Positions 36,604-49,005 of a stretch of DNA of 64,000 nt are shown here, in pieces. The notes beneath the pieces are model-generated. The model did not search any database and was not told the origin of the DNA. It saw nothing but the letters and a program-made list of their open reading frames with translations. How positions within the stretch are numbered: position 1 is the stretch's first letter; every line of letters starts with the position of its first letter. Made by a program: the position numbers and the translations under genes. Origin of the DNA: an uncultured beta proteobacterium (GTDB lineage Bacteria; Pseudomonadota; Gammaproteobacteria; Burkholderiales; Casimicrobiaceae); contig CAWAFI010000025.1 of the NCBI GenBank assembly GCA_963781285.1, positions 36,296 through 100,295 of the forward strand, given 5' to 3'.

Positions 36604-37890
36604 TTACGCCGCCCTCGGCATTCCCGCGTCCAGCTTGCTTGCGAGCGCTTCGCGTCCAGCGGCCTTCATCCAGGTGTTCACCCGCTTCGCATAGTTGACG
36701 ACCTCGCTCATGTCCGAGTCGAAACCGAAGATGCGGTACGGCACGCCCAGCGCTTCACAGGTGTCGCGCATCACACCCATGCCGCGAATCAGGTTCGGTC
36801 CCCCGCGACCGACCACGACGTAGAGCGGACTCTTCCCGTGCTGACTGAAGTGTTCGCGCAGCGCGTCGGCCATCGCCCGGAAGGTCTCGAAGATGTCGGT
36901 ATTGTTCGACTTGCCGCCAATGATGAACAGCACATTCGCCTGCTTCAGCCAGTGCTTGAAACAGATGCGCGCAACGTCCTTCATCTTCGCGTAGGGCGGG
37001 TTGCCGCCGAAGTCCGACGAGATGATGGCGTCGTCGCCCAGCATCTCCGTGACCAGAGAGTTGGCCCCACCGCCGAACGTGGGCGCGAGGATCGTGCCCG
37101 TGGCATTGATCACGTACACGTCGCTCTGGCCCTGATAGGTACGCAGCTGGTTGATCTCCTGCTCGAAGTCGGAGTAGTCGACGGCGAAGATCTCGGCCGG
37201 CAGATCGAGCCGTCGCCAGCGCGGATCGTCGCGGTCGAAACCGCATTTGAAGTCGCAGGCAACCGGGGTGAGCCGACCCTTTGCATCCGGCGCCATGCGA
37301 ATCGGATTGAGCTCGAGGGTAGTCATCCCGAAATCGTGAAAGAGCTCCCACAGCTTGGGCAGATTCTGCACCAGCGGCGAGATGATCTCTTTCGGCGCGT
37401 CGAGCTCGGACAGCGCGTTCGCGACCACGAAGGCCTTGAGTCCCGTCAGCGCCTCGAAGGGGACCTGGGCCACGAGTCGCTTGTCGAGCTCCTCGATGTC
37501 CACCCCGCCGTGGTGCGTGAGCGTCATCGTTGGCGCCCGGTAGTGCGTGGAGTCGGAGATCGAGAAGTAAACCTCGTGCCGCGCCGGCACCGCGCCCTCG
37601 AACGTCACGCCGTTCGCTTTCGCGGCGGTGTTGCCGACGCGGTGCTCGGCGAAGTAGAGCCGCTCCTTCTCCCTGAGCGCGCTTTTCAGGTCGGCCGCGC
37701 GGCCGAGCAGCCCGGCCTTGCCTTTCTTCCCGACGCCACCCTTGAACAGGGGCTTGACGAACACCGAGCCGTGGCGGTCGATGAGCGCCTTGATCTGCTC
37801 CTCGCTCGCATCCGGGCCCAGTATCTCGGACGTCGGAAAGTCGACGAACTTGAGCATCTTGGCGCCATACAGCATTCCGGTGACTTGCAT
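36604..37890 (-). CDS. ATP-citrate lyase-like small subunit (succinyl-CoA-synthetase-beta-like ATP-grasp)
   Basis: ATP-grasp-like N-half (VFVKPLFKGGVGKKGKAGLLG), LELNPI, and a ligase-CoA-like C-half (APTFGGGANSLV...GGNPP). Start at MQVTGMLYGAK (ATG 37890). Confidence 0.75.
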   Translation of the reverse strand: MQVTGMLYGAKMLKFVDFPTSEILGPDASEEQIKALIDRHGSVFVKPLFKGGVGKKGKAGLLGRAADLKSALREKERLYFAEHRVGNTAAKANGVTFEGAVPARHEVYFSISDSTHYRAPTMTLTHHGGVDIEELDKRLVAQVPFEALTGLKAFVVANALSELDAPKEIISPLVQNLPKLWELFHDFGMTTLELNPIRMAPDAKGRLTPVACDFKCGFDRDDPRWRRLDLPAEIFAVDYSDFEQEINQLRTYQGQSDVYVINATGTILAPTFGGGANSLVTEMLGDDAIISSDFGGNPPYAKMKDVARICFKHWLKQANVLFIIGGKSNNTDIFETFRAMADALREHFSQHGKSPLYVVVGRGGPNLIRGMGVMRDTCEALGVPYRIFGFDSDMSEVVNYAKRVNTWMKAAGREALASKLDAGMPRAA

Positions 37891-38536
37891 GGTGGATTCC
37901 CGGTTATTGAAGCTCGCGTGGCTCCCTGGCACCGGCCACGCTCGTTCCCGCACCAGCGGGAATTCGGCTTCGCCGGCCCGGAAGCGTTTGGGTCCACGCC
38001 TTGGCGAGGACAACGACTTGACGTGCTTCTTCCATTCGAGGCCGAGTGGGTCGGGATGCGCGCCGGCGCCGCGGGCGGGAAGGCCAGCCCTTCTTCCGCC
38101 GGGCGCGCGGTAGAGGCGGGGCCCGGTTACCCTGAGCACCGCGAGGACCCGCAACGCAATCAACCTGTCACTCGGACGAACAGTATGCCCAACTCGCCGT
38201 CGGAGATCGAGAGAGCGCCACAAAGGTCCTGGCTCTTCGCGCTGCGCGCGATGAAGCGGCTGCCGAGGTGCGACGTCAACATGCGGTGCGGCTCTTGCGC
38301 GGCGCATGACCGGTGCCGTCGATCCCGAGCAGTGCCGGGCAGGGCAGGCTTTCACCCGCCGGGCCCTAACGGACGGAATTTGACATAATACAAATTATGC
38401 GACACACGGATGTGACGCGATGCAGGGTTATCCTGGCTCGCGCAGGATAACTTTGCTCGCTAGATCGCCTTGGCCTCAACGGTCATCGTGCGACGCGGAC
38501 AAAGCGACCCCGCGCCAACCCGGTACGGACCGGCGC

Positions 38537-39892
<1,356 letters not shown>

Positions 39893-39912
39893 GTACAGCC
39901 CGCGCCGGAGCC

Positions 39913-40866
39913 CTACTGCAGCTCGTCGGGGGTGACGACCGCAGTGCCAAGCTTGCCGACGACGACACCGGCCGCCTGATTGGCGATGCGCACCGCGACC
40001 GGAATGTCCGCGCCGGCGCCCATCAGCACACCGAGCGTGGCAATCACCGTGTCGCCGGCGCCGGACACGTCGTAGACTTCGCGCGTCTGCGCCGCGATGT
40101 GGTCGGCGCCCTGTGTCGTGTAGAGGCTCATCCCCTCCTCCGAGCGCGTGACGAGAAGCGCGTCGAGATCGAGGTCGGCGCGCAGCGTCTGGGCCTTGAC
40201 GGCCATCTCGTATTCGTCGCGCCAGCGGCCCGCGACCTCGCGGAACTCGCTGCGGTTGGGGGTGACGAGCGTCGCGCCACGGTACTTGGTCCAATCCTCG
40301 CCTTTGGGATCCACGAGGACGCGCTTGCCGGCACCGCGCGCGCGCTCGATCATCGTGGCGATGTGCGCGAGTCCGCCCTTGCCGTAGTCGGAGAGGACGA
40401 CCACATCGGCATCCGGGAGCAGCCGATCGTATTCGGCGAGTTGGCCGGCCAGCACCTCGTGCGACGGCGCGGTCTCGAAATCGATGCGCAGGAGCTGCTG
40501 CCGGCGCCCGATCACGCGGAGCTTCACCGTCGTCGACACCGTCGGGTCGCGGTGGAACGAGGTGCGCACGCGTTCGGTGGCGAGCAGCCGTTCGAGCGCG
40601 GCGCCGGGTTCGTCGGCGCCGGTGACGGACAAGAGCGTTACCTGGGCGCCCAACGCCGTGGCGTTACGTGCGACGTTGGCGGCGCCCCCCGGGCGCTCCT
40701 CGCTGCGAGCAATCTTCACGACCGGAACCGGGGCTTCGGGCGAAATGCGCTCGACGTCACCGAACCAGTAGCGGTCGAGCATCACGTCGCCGACGACGAG
40801 CACGCGCGTGCGCGCGACGCGTTCCGCCCACGTCGAAAAATGCACGCTGCCATCCTTCATGTTCAT
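39913..40866 (-). CDS. hldA: D-glycero-beta-D-manno-heptose-7-phosphate kinase (RfaE domain I only)
   Basis: PfkB-family sugar kinase: VLVVGDVMLDRYW...PGGAANVA...DVSGAGDTV. 317 aa, with no adenylyltransferase domain. Confidence 0.85.
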   Translation of the reverse strand: MNMKDGSVHFSTWAERVARTRVLVVGDVMLDRYWFGDVERISPEAPVPVVKIARSEERPGGAANVARNATALGAQVTLLSVTGADEPGAALERLLATERVRTSFHRDPTVSTTVKLRVIGRRQQLLRIDFETAPSHEVLAGQLAEYDRLLPDADVVVLSDYGKGGLAHIATMIERARGAGKRVLVDPKGEDWTKYRGATLVTPNRSEFREVAGRWRDEYEMAVKAQTLRADLDLDALLVTRSEEGMSLYTTQGADHIAAQTREVYDVSGAGDTVIATLGVLMGAGADIPVAVRIANQAAGVVVGKLGTAVVTPDELQ

Positions 40867-40921
40867 GAAATCCCTGGCAAAGCGAGGAATGCGCCGCGCA
40901 GCAGCCGTCCGCCGTCGCCCA

Positions 40922-42244
40922 TCAGCGGCGCCCGATGGCGAAGTACTCCAGACCGGCCGCGCGGACACGCGCCGGATCGTACAGGTTGCGCCCGTCGAAC
41001 ACGAGCGGCAGCGCCAGGGCGCCGCGGATCGCGTCGAAGTCGGGGCTGCGGAACTCCTTCCACTCGGTAACGACGACGAGCGCGTCGGCGCCGGTGAGCG
41101 CGGCCATCGGCGAGCTCGCATAGGTGAGCGCGCCGATGCCGCCGAACGCACGCTTCGCCTCGGCGATCGCCACTGGATCATAGGCGACGACCTTGGCCCC
41201 GCGCGCGGTGAGCGCCGCGACGATGGCACGCGACGGCGCCTCGCGCATGTCGTCGGTGTTGGGCTTGAACGCGAGGCCCCATAGCGCGAAGGTCCGCCCG
41301 GCCAGGCTGTCGCCGAGCCGGGCGACGATCTTCTCGACCAGTCGCAGCTTCTGCGCGTCGTTGGCGGCTTCGACGGCCGCCAGGACCTTGAGCGGGCGGC
41401 CCCGCTGCGTCGCCGTGTGTTGCAGCGCCTTGACGTCTTTGGGAAAGCAGCTTCCGCCGTAGCCGACGCCCGGATAGAGGAAGTGATAGCCGATTCGTGG
41501 ATCGGAGCCGATGCCCTCGCGCACCTGCTCGATGTCGGCGTCGAGGTCGTCGGCCAGGTTCGCGAGCTCGTTCATGAACGAGATCCGGGTGGCGAGCATT
41601 GCGTTGGCCGCGTACTTGGTGAGCTCCGCTGACCTTACGTCCATGACCAGAAGTCGCTCGTGATTGCGCATGAACGGCGCGAAGACCGCGCGCAGCGCGC
41701 TGATCGCCCGCTCATCGTCGGTACCGATCACGACGCGGTCCGGCTTCATGAAATCATCGACCGCGGCGCCTTCCTTCAGGAATTCGGGATTCGACACCAC
41801 GGCGAACGAGAGGGACGCCCCGCGGGCCGCGAGTTCTTCGTCGATCACCCCGCGCACGTGGTCGGCCGTGCCGACCGGCACGGTCGACTTGTCGACGACG
41901 ATCTTGAATTCCGACATTCGCCGCCCGATGTTGCGCGCGGCGGCCAGCACGTATTGCATGTCCGCCGATCCATCCTCCTCGGGCGGCGTGCCGACGGCAA
42001 TGAACTGCAACGTGCCGTGGGCGACCGCGGCGTCGATGTCGGTCGTGAACTGCAGGCGCCCGGCCTCGACATTGCGCCGGATCATCGGTTCGAGGCCCGG
42101 CTCGTGAATCGGCACGCCACCGGCGTTCAGCGTGTGGATCTTCGCGGCGTCCACGTCGAGGCACAGAACGTCGTTGCCGACCTCGGCGAAACAGGTTCCG
42201 GTGACGAGGCCGACATAGCCCGTACCGATCATCGTGATCTTCAC
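40922..42244 (-). CDS. ugd: UDP-glucose 6-dehydrogenase
   Basis: [16 protein letters not shown] Rossmann fold, catalytic GGSCFPKD, and a C-terminal UDP-binding domain. Confidence 0.9.
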   Translation of the reverse strand: MKITMIGTGYVGLVTGTCFAEVGNDVLCLDVDAAKIHTLNAGGVPIHEPGLEPMIRRNVEAGRLQFTTDIDAAVAHGTLQFIAVGTPPEEDGSADMQYVLAAARNIGRRMSEFKIVVDKSTVPVGTADHVRGVIDEELAARGASLSFAVVSNPEFLKEGAAVDDFMKPDRVVIGTDDERAISALRAVFAPFMRNHERLLVMDVRSAELTKYAANAMLATRISFMNELANLADDLDADIEQVREGIGSDPRIGYHFLYPGVGYGGSCFPKDVKALQHTATQRGRPLKVLAAVEAANDAQKLRLVEKIVARLGDSLAGRTFALWGLAFKPNTDDMREAPSRAIVAALTARGAKVVAYDPVAIAEAKRAFGGIGALTYASSPMAALTGADALVVVTEWKEFRSPDFDAIRGALALPLVFDGRNLYDPARVRAAGLEYFAIGRR

Positions 42245-42957
42245 GCAGGATCTCCCAGCGACGCATTGATGGCCGCAAGTGCCGCAACCGGGTCGGCTGC
42301 CTGCGTGATCGGCCGGCCGATCACCAGATAATCGGCGCCGTTCGCAATCGCCGCCTCGGGCGTCATGATTCGCGCCTGGTCATCGGCGGCGCTTCCGGCC
42401 GGGCGAATGCCGGGCGTGACGAGCTTGAATGCGGAAGGCAGCGCCGCACGCAGCGCCGGCACTTCGGCCGCCGAGCAGACGACGCCGTCGAGCCTGCGCT
42501 CGGAGGTCAGACGTGCGAGCTTCAGTGCGTGCTGTGCCGCGTTGTCGGCAATGCCGATCGCTCGAAGGTCGCCGTCGTCGAGGCTCGTCAGCACCGTGAC
42601 GGCGATCAACAGCGGGCGCGCCCTGCCCTCCGCTATGGCCACCTTGGCGACCGCGTCGCGCGCCGCATCGAGCATTGCCGGTCCGCCCGCCGCATGGACA
42701 TTGAGCATCCACACGCCGAGCCGGGCCGCCGCTGCGCAAGCTTGCGCCACGGTGTTCGGAATGTCGTGGAACTTGAGGTCGAGAAAGACGCGAAAGCCGC
42801 GCCCGACCATCCAACGCACGGGCTCGGGGCCGGCGATGACAAACAACTCCTTGCCTACCTTCAGCGCGCACGCAGCCGGATCGAGGCGATCGGCCAGCGC
42901 CAGCGCTCGCAAAGGGTCGGCGAAATCGAGCGCGACAATGATCCGTGGGTCGGGCAT
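42241..42957 (-). CDS. pyrF: Orotidine 5'-phosphate decarboxylase
   Basis: IIVALDF...[13 protein letters not shown]...[10 protein letters not shown]. Start at [12 protein letters not shown] (ATG 42957). Confidence 0.9.
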   Translation of the reverse strand: MPDPRIIVALDFADPLRALALADRLDPAACALKVGKELFVIAGPEPVRWMVGRGFRVFLDLKFHDIPNTVAQACAAAARLGVWMLNVHAAGGPAMLDAARDAVAKVAIAEGRARPLLIAVTVLTSLDDGDLRAIGIADNAAQHALKLARLTSERRLDGVVCSAAEVPALRAALPSAFKLVTPGIRPAGSAADDQARIMTPEAAIANGADYLVIGRPITQAADPVAALAAINASLGDPA

Positions 42958-42967
42958 GGGCTTGGCT

Positions 42968-44146
42968 TCAGGCGTAACCGTCGGGCGTTTCCGTCCGCCG
43001 CGGAGAATAGGTTTCCCACTTGCCGCAACCCGGGCAGCGCCAGTAATACTGCTTGGCGCGAAATCCGCACTGATCGCACTTGTACATCCCGAGCCGCTTG
43101 ATGTGCGCGCCGACCAGTTGCTTGACGAGTTCGAGGTCGTGCCGGCGCTCGGCGGGTGCGGCGAGGAGTTGCGCCTCGAGCAACCGATCGAGGCCGAGCA
43201 GCGTCGGGTTGCGCGCAAGCTCATCCTTGATCAGCTCGCCGGCTGCCACCGGCCCCTCTTCCGAGAGCGTCAACGAGAACACGATGTTGAGCAGATCGAG
43301 CGACGGATACTGCTGGTGGTACGCACGCAGCACGCGCAGGCCCTGCGCTGCGTTGCCGGTCTTCCGATAGGCATCGGCAAGGCGCTCGGCGACCAGCGAC
43401 AGGAATCCGGGATTTTGCGACTCGATCCTCTGCCATGCTCCGATCGCTGCCGGCAGGTCGCCCTGTTGCGCGTCGGCGTCGCCCAGCAGCATCGTCGCGC
43501 GGGTGCACGCCCGGTACTCCGCGAGCGCCTCGTCGACGTGCTTGCGCGTGGCAGCGAAATCCGAGCTGAGAAGCGCCGCCTGCGCGAGCTCGCAGCAGTA
43601 GTGCGCGATCTCCTTGAAGTACGGCTGCTTCGCGATCGCCTCCATCCGCCGCGTGACGGCAATCGCCTTCGGCCAGTCCTTTTCCTGCTCGTAGATCGAC
43701 AGCAGGAAACCGAGCGACGGGTGCTCGAATGGTGTGCCTTCGAGCCGTGCGAACAGCTCCTCGGCGCGGTCGAGCAGGCCGGCGCGGTGAAAGTCCTGGG
43801 CCAATTCGAAGATGGTTGCCTGCCGCTTGTCGGCGGCCAGATCGGGACGATCGAGCAGGTTCTGGTGCATCCGGATCGCACGGTCGATCTCACCCTGTCG
43901 CCGGAACAGGCTTCCCAGCGCGAAGTGCAGATCGATGGTCTGGGGATCGACTTTGACCACTTCGATGAACGATTCGATCGCCTTGTCCGGCTGCTCGTTC
44001 AGCAGGAAATTGAGGCCACGAAAATAGGAGAGCGGCAGGGCCCGCGATTCGGAAAGCAGGTGCTTGATGTCGATGCGTGCAGCGATCCAGCCCAGCGCGA
44101 AAAAGACCACCGGGATCGGTAATAGCCACCACAGCTCGAAATCCAT
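42968..44146 (-). CDS. lapB: Lipopolysaccharide assembly protein LapB (YciM)
   Basis: N-terminal TM segment, TPR repeats, and a C-terminal rubredoxin-like CDQCGF...WRCPGCGKW. Confidence 0.9.
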   Translation of the reverse strand: MDFELWWLLPIPVVFFALGWIAARIDIKHLLSESRALPLSYFRGLNFLLNEQPDKAIESFIEVVKVDPQTIDLHFALGSLFRRQGEIDRAIRMHQNLLDRPDLAADKRQATIFELAQDFHRAGLLDRAEELFARLEGTPFEHPSLGFLLSIYEQEKDWPKAIAVTRRMEAIAKQPYFKEIAHYCCELAQAALLSSDFAATRKHVDEALAEYRACTRATMLLGDADAQQGDLPAAIGAWQRIESQNPGFLSLVAERLADAYRKTGNAAQGLRVLRAYHQQYPSLDLLNIVFSLTLSEEGPVAAGELIKDELARNPTLLGLDRLLEAQLLAAPAERRHDLELVKQLVGAHIKRLGMYKCDQCGFRAKQYYWRCPGCGKWETYSPRRTETPDGYA

Positions 44147-44194
44147 GGATACGTGGAGTCGTCGTCGCGGCGATGGGCGAAGGGCACCGGTGCG

Positions 44195-44494
44195 TCAGGG
44201 ATTTTCGTACGGGCGGCCGCCCTTGGCGAAGGGCGCCGGCGTGGCATCGCGCGCACGCTCTCCGCGCTCCAGCCGGCTCAACTGCCGCTTCAGCCGGGCG
44301 ATGCGCATGGCACCGGCGGCAAGCCCCGCCGCGACGCCAACCGCAAACGCGATCAGCACGACGAAGACGAGCGGCGCCTGCCAGCTCCACCAGTGGTAGA
44401 ACTTGAGGGTCACCAGCTCCGAGTTCTGCAGCGACAGGAACAGGAGCGCCAGGAACAGCGCGACACCGACGACCCAGCGCACGACGTGCATCAT
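44195..44494 (-). CDS. lapA: Lipopolysaccharide assembly protein LapA (YciS)
   Basis: Two TM segments and a basic C-tail, immediately upstream of lapB. The start is ambiguous (44494, 44491 or GTG 44506). Confidence 0.8.
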   Translation of the reverse strand: MMHVVRWVVGVALFLALLFLSLQNSELVTLKFYHWWSWQAPLVFVVLIAFAVGVAAGLAAGAMRIARLKRQLSRLERGERARDATPAPFAKGGRPYENP

Positions 44495-44560
44495 CGACTC
44501 CGCCACGAAGGGAACCAGACAGCGTCACCACGGGCGGAGGATCGCCTCCACCATTGGCTG

Positions 44561-44761
44561 TCGCCCTCCTCGCTCACGCGACCTCCGCGCCGTCCGTGTT
44601 CTGCGCTGCGCAGCTGCGGCGGCCACGCGCAATCGCCTGGGGACGCTCGCTCATGCGGCCTCCGCCCCGTCCGTGTTCTTCGCTGCGCAGCTGCGTCGGC
44701 CGCGCGCAATTGCTCGCGGACGCGCCCTTCGGGCCTTGGCTTCGCCCCGCTCGCTCATGCG
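44561..44761. repeat. REP/BIME-like repeat cluster: two tandem units of about 77 bp plus a terminal partial unit; same family as 17625-17846
   Basis: CGCTCACGCG at 44571 and CGCTCATGCG at 44648 mark a 77-bp period. Each unit carries the palindrome GCTGCGCAGC. The last 24 nt, in reverse complement, read CGCATGAGCGAGCGGGGCGAAGCC and include the ihfB TGA. Confidence 0.8.
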
Positions 44762-45045
44762 CTGTTCTTGAAATCGACCCGCTCGCGCAATTCCTTGCCG
44801 GCCTTGAAGTGCGGGACGTGCTTTTCCGGTACCTGCACCTTGTCGCCGGACTTCGGATTGCGCCCGGTTCGCGGCGGCCGGTAATTAAGGCCGAAGCTGC
44901 CGAACCCGCGGATCTCGATGCGCTCCCCTTTCGCCAGGCTCTCGGCCATGGCGTCGAGGATCATCTTGACCGCGAGCTCGGCGTCTTTCGCGACCAGTTG
45001 CGGGAACTGCGCCGCAAGGCGGTCGATCAGCTCCGATTTGGTCAT
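44755..45045 (-). CDS. ihfB: Integration host factor subunit beta
   Basis: [11 protein letters not shown]...[28 protein letters not shown] is the classical IHF-beta/HU fold. Confidence 0.95.
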   Translation of the reverse strand: MTKSELIDRLAAQFPQLVAKDAELAVKMILDAMAESLAKGERIEIRGFGSFGLNYRPPRTGRNPKSGDKVQVPEKHVPHFKAGKELRERVDFKNSA

Positions 45046-45057
45046 CGCACAGCCCGC

Positions 45058-46779
45058 TTATTCGTTGGTCTTGTTGTCCATCTTGGCGCGGAGCAGCGCC
45101 CCGAGGTTGGTGGTCCCGGTGGTAGCGCCCGCGGCATCCGCCTTGATGCTCTGGATTGCCTCCGTCTCCTCGGCGTGATCCTTGGCCTTGATCGAGAGGT
45201 TGATCGAGCGGTTCTTGCGGTCGATGTTGATGATCATCGCGGTGACCGGGTCGCCCTCCTTCAGGTGCGTCCGGATGTCCTCGACGCGGTCGCGCGCGAC
45301 TTCGGAGGCGCGCAAATAGCCTTCGACATCGCCGTCGAGCGCGATGACCGCGCCCTTGCCGTCGAGCGAGCGCACCGTGCCCTTCACCACGTTGCCCTTG
45401 TCGTGCGTCGCAACGTAATTGGTGAACGGATCGCCGTCGATCTGCTTGATGCCGAGCGAGATGCGCTCACGCTCGACGTCGATCGCGAGCACCACTGCTT
45501 CGACTTCGGCGCCCTTCTTGTAGTCGCGCACTGCGGCTTCGCCGGGAAGCGTCCACGACAAGTCCGACAGGTGGACGAGTCCGTCGATTCCGCCGGGCAG
45601 ACCGACGAATACGCCGAAGTCGGTAATCGACTTGATCTGCCCCTTCACGCGATCGCCCTTCTTGTGGTTGGCCGCGAACTCATCCCACGGGTTCGGCATG
45701 CACTGCTTCATCCCGAGCGAGATCCGGCGCCGGTCCTCGTCGATCTCGAGAATCATCACCTCGACCTCGTCGCCCAGCTGCACGACCTTGGTCGGGTGAA
45801 TGTTCTTGTTGGTCCAGTCCATCTCGGAGACATGGACGAGCCCTTCGATTCCCGACTCGATCTCGACGAACGCGCCGTAGTCGGTGATGTTGGTGACCTT
45901 GCCGAAAAGGCGCGTGCCCGTCGGGTAGCGGCGCGAAAGGCCGACCCACGGATCTTCGCCCAACTGCTTCATGCCGAGCGAGACGCGGTTCTTCTCCTGG
46001 TCGAACTTCAGGATCTTCGCCGTCACCTCGTCGCCGACAGCCAGCACTTCCGACGGGTGCTTGACACGACGCCATGCGAGATCGGTGATGTGGAGCAGGC
46101 CGTCGATGCCACCCAGATCCACGAACGCGCCGTAATCGGTGATGTTCTTGACGATGCCCTTGACTGTCGCCCCCTCGGTGAGCGTCGACAGCAGCTTTTC
46201 GCGCTCCTCGCCCAGGCTCGCTTCGAGCACCGCGCGGCGCGAGACGACCACGTTGTTGCGCTTGCGGTCGAGCTTGATCACCTTGAATTCGAGGGCCTTG
46301 TTCTCGTAGGGCGAGGTGTCCTTGACCGGCCGGATGTCCACGAGCGACCCGGGCAGGAACGCGCGGATCCCGTTGACCATCACGGTGAGTCCGCCCTTGA
46401 CCTTGCCGGTCACTTGGCCGGTGACGACGGTCCCCTGCTCCATTGCCGCTTCGAGGTCGTGCCAGGCCTTGAGGCGCTTGGCCTTGTCGCGTGACAGCTT
46501 GGTTTCCCCGTAGCCGTCTTCGAGACTCTCGATGGCGACGGTGACGAAATCGCCGGGCTTGACCTCGACCTCGCCCTTGTCGTTCTTGAATTCCTCGATC
46601 GGAATGAAGCTTTCGGACTTGAGGCCGGCGTTGACGACGACGATGTTGTAGTCGACGCGGACGACTTCGGCGGTGATCAGTTCACCCTGGCGCATTTCCT
46701 GCCGGGTGAGGGACTCTTCGAACAGTGCGGCGAAGTTTTCGGAGGGAGACGTGGACATGCTTTGGGTGGCGATAGCCAT
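45058..46779 (-). CDS. rpsA: 30S ribosomal protein S1
   Basis: Six S1 repeats (e.g. [40 protein letters not shown]). An alternative start is at 46758. Confidence 0.95.
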   Translation of the reverse strand: MAIATQSMSTSPSENFAALFEESLTRQEMRQGELITAEVVRVDYNIVVVNAGLKSESFIPIEEFKNDKGEVEVKPGDFVTVAIESLEDGYGETKLSRDKAKRLKAWHDLEAAMEQGTVVTGQVTGKVKGGLTVMVNGIRAFLPGSLVDIRPVKDTSPYENKALEFKVIKLDRKRNNVVVSRRAVLEASLGEEREKLLSTLTEGATVKGIVKNITDYGAFVDLGGIDGLLHITDLAWRRVKHPSEVLAVGDEVTAKILKFDQEKNRVSLGMKQLGEDPWVGLSRRYPTGTRLFGKVTNITDYGAFVEIESGIEGLVHVSEMDWTNKNIHPTKVVQLGDEVEVMILEIDEDRRRISLGMKQCMPNPWDEFAANHKKGDRVKGQIKSITDFGVFVGLPGGIDGLVHLSDLSWTLPGEAAVRDYKKGAEVEAVVLAIDVERERISLGIKQIDGDPFTNYVATHDKGNVVKGTVRSLDGKGAVIALDGDVEGYLRASEVARDRVEDIRTHLKEGDPVTAMIINIDRKNRSINLSIKAKDHAEETEAIQSIKADAAGATTGTTNLGALLRAKMDNKTNE

Positions 46780-46977
46780 TGGGGTTGGTTCCTTCTTTCG
46801 GTGTCAAACCGCCAGCTTGCGAGAACCCGATGTCTCGCGCCGACGGGCTGGTTGTTGAATTTCGTCCGGAGGCGCCGGCCAAAGCGCCCTCGAACGACCA
46901 CTCGCACTTGCGTCCTGCACTTGGTCCGGTGTCGCCAGCGCTTCCGCTTTCCAGAGGCGCTCTGGCTGCCGGGCCGT

Positions 46978-47667
46978 CTAACCTGCGCCGGATACCGCGC
47001 GCTCGTGATATTGCTCGAGCACGAAGCCGATCGCAGCGTCGATCGTCATGTTCGTCGTATCCAGGATGACGGCGTCGGCTGCTGGCCTGAGCGGAGCCGC
47101 CGCCCGGCCGGCATCGCGAAGGTCGCGCTCCCGGATGTCGCGCAAAAGACTATCCATTGTAATCGAGATTCCTTTTTCGATCAACTGCTTATGACGGCGG
47201 CGTGCCCGCTCTTCGGCGCTGGCCGTCACGAATACCTTGAGCAGGGCATCCGGAAAGACCACGGTGCCCATGTCGCGGCCGTCGGCAACGAGCCCCGGCG
47301 GTTGGCGGAACGACCGCTGCCGGCCGAGCAGTGCCGTCCGGACGGCCGGGTGAACGGCAACCTGTGACGCGGCGGCGCTCACCGTCTCCTCGCGAATGGC
47401 GTGGGTAACTTCGTGCCCTTCGAGGACGATCGCTCCGTCGTGGAAAACCGCATCGAGTCGCGCTGCCACCAGCGCCAATTCGGCGGCGGCGGTCGGGTCG
47501 ATGCCGGCCTGGAGCGCCTTGAACGCCACCAGCCTGTACAGCGAGCCGCTATCGAGCAGGTGGAATCCCAGCGTCCGGGCCACGCCGGTCGCGACCGTAC
47601 CCTTTCCCGACGCCGCCGGACCGTCGACGGCGATCACCGGAATCGACGACGCGGCAGGCAGCCTCAC
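46978..47667 (-). CDS. cmk: Cytidylate kinase
   Basis: [16 protein letters not shown]-loop and a [12 protein letters not shown] segment. The GTG start overlaps the aroA stop. Confidence 0.9.
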   Translation of the reverse strand: MRLPAASSIPVIAVDGPAASGKGTVATGVARTLGFHLLDSGSLYRLVAFKALQAGIDPTAAAELALVAARLDAVFHDGAIVLEGHEVTHAIREETVSAAASQVAVHPAVRTALLGRQRSFRQPPGLVADGRDMGTVVFPDALLKVFVTASAEERARRRHKQLIEKGISITMDSLLRDIRERDLRDAGRAAAPLRPAADAVILDTTNMTIDAAIGFVLEQYHERAVSGAG

Positions 47668-48989
47668 GCCGGCTCCGGGGTCCGGGCAATCGCCCGGAAC
47701 GCGGCGAAATACTCCGGGTATGTCTTGCGCACGCAGTCGGGGTCGTTAATGCGTATCGCGATGCCACCGAGCGCCGCCAGCGCAAGACACATCGCCATCC
47801 GGTGGTCGTCGTAGGTGTCGATCGTTGCCGGCCGGAGCCGCGACGGCGGAACAACGGTGAGGCGATCGGCGCCCGCCTCGACCCCCGCGCCAAGCTTTCG
47901 GAGCTCAGCCGCCATCGCGGCAATGCGATCGGTCTCCTTCACGCGCCAACTGGCAATGCCGGTCAGCGTCGTCGGGCCCTGCGCGAAAAGCGCGACGACC
48001 GCAAGCGTCATTGCCGCATCGGGAATCGCCACGCAATCGACCGTGATACCTCGAATCGCGCGGCCGGCGCGCGTTTCGATCCACTCGTCGCCGTACCGGA
48101 CGTCGACGCCCATCCGGGCGAGGACATCGGCAAACGCGACGTCGCCTTGGATCGAATTGCGGCCGACACCGGTCACGCGCACAGGACCGCCGCCGAGCGC
48201 GCCAGCGGCGAGAAAGTACGATGCTGCTGATGCGTCGCCTTCGACTTGGATGGTCCCGGGGCTCCTATATTGCGCCATGGCCGGCACGTGGAAGGCGCCG
48301 GAGCCGTCCTCATCCACCGTCACGCCGAAGCGGTGCATCAGGTTCGTCGTGATCGCGACGTAGGGTTTCGAGATCAGCTCGCCCGCGACGTCGACGGTTA
48401 CCGCGCGCGCCGTGCGCTCGGTGAGGAGCGGCAGCGCCATCAGCAAGGCGGACAGGAACTGGCTCGACACATCGCCGCGCACCGTGACCCGCTCGGGCGC
48501 ATCGGCTTCGCCCACGCGGCCCGGCCCGATTGCGAGCGGCGGGAAACCCTCGCTACCGAGATAGCGGATGTCCGCGTGGAGGCTACGCAGGACGTCGACC
48601 AGATCGCCGATCGGCCGCTCGTGCATCCGCGGCACTCCGCCGAGCTCGTAGCGTCCGCCCGCAAGTGCCAGCACCGCGGTCAGCGGCCGCAACGCCGTGC
48701 CCGCGTTGCCGAGGAAGAGCCGTGCGGCCTTTTGCGCGAAGTGGCCCCCGGCGCCGTGCACGACGATATCGCGCGGCACTTCGGTGCGTTCGATTCGTAC
48801 CCCGAGGGTGGCGAGCGCTTCGTGCATCCGGTCCACGTCATCGGCGTCGAGCAAGCCGCACACCCGCGTGTCGCCCGTCGCTAGCGCTGCCAGCAGCAAC
48901 GTACGGTTGGAAATGCTTTTCGACCCGGGCAGTGCCACCGTGCCTTCCGCGCGCGCGACCGGGGCCAGGTCGAGGAAGCGGCCGGTCAT
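47664..48989 (-). CDS. aroA: 3-phosphoshikimate 1-carboxyvinyltransferase (EPSP synthase)
   Basis: [37 protein letters not shown]. The start is ATG 48989, or alternatively GTG 49016. Confidence 0.92.
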   Translation of the reverse strand: MTGRFLDLAPVARAEGTVALPGSKSISNRTLLLAALATGDTRVCGLLDADDVDRMHEALATLGVRIERTEVPRDIVVHGAGGHFAQKAARLFLGNAGTALRPLTAVLALAGGRYELGGVPRMHERPIGDLVDVLRSLHADIRYLGSEGFPPLAIGPGRVGEADAPERVTVRGDVSSQFLSALLMALPLLTERTARAVTVDVAGELISKPYVAITTNLMHRFGVTVDEDGSGAFHVPAMAQYRSPGTIQVEGDASAASYFLAAGALGGGPVRVTGVGRNSIQGDVAFADVLARMGVDVRYGDEWIETRAGRAIRGITVDCVAIPDAAMTLAVVALFAQGPTTLTGIASWRVKETDRIAAMAAELRKLGAGVEAGADRLTVVPPSRLRPATIDTYDDHRMAMCLALAALGGIAIRINDPDCVRKTYPEYFAAFRAIARTPEPA

Positions 48990-49005
48990 GCTCGAGCGCG
49001 CTCGC

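Noticed and set aside
38185-38388. A 67-aa plus-strand ORF (MPNSPSEIERAPQRSWLFALRAMKRLPRCDVNMRCGSCAAHDRC...) in the radA / ACL-like spacer.
   Set aside because: It has some GC3 bias and a Cys pattern. However, it has no Shine-Dalgarno sequence and an Arg-rich tail, it is the continuation of an antisense shadow ORF, and I recognise no family. It is mentioned only as part of the spacer finding.
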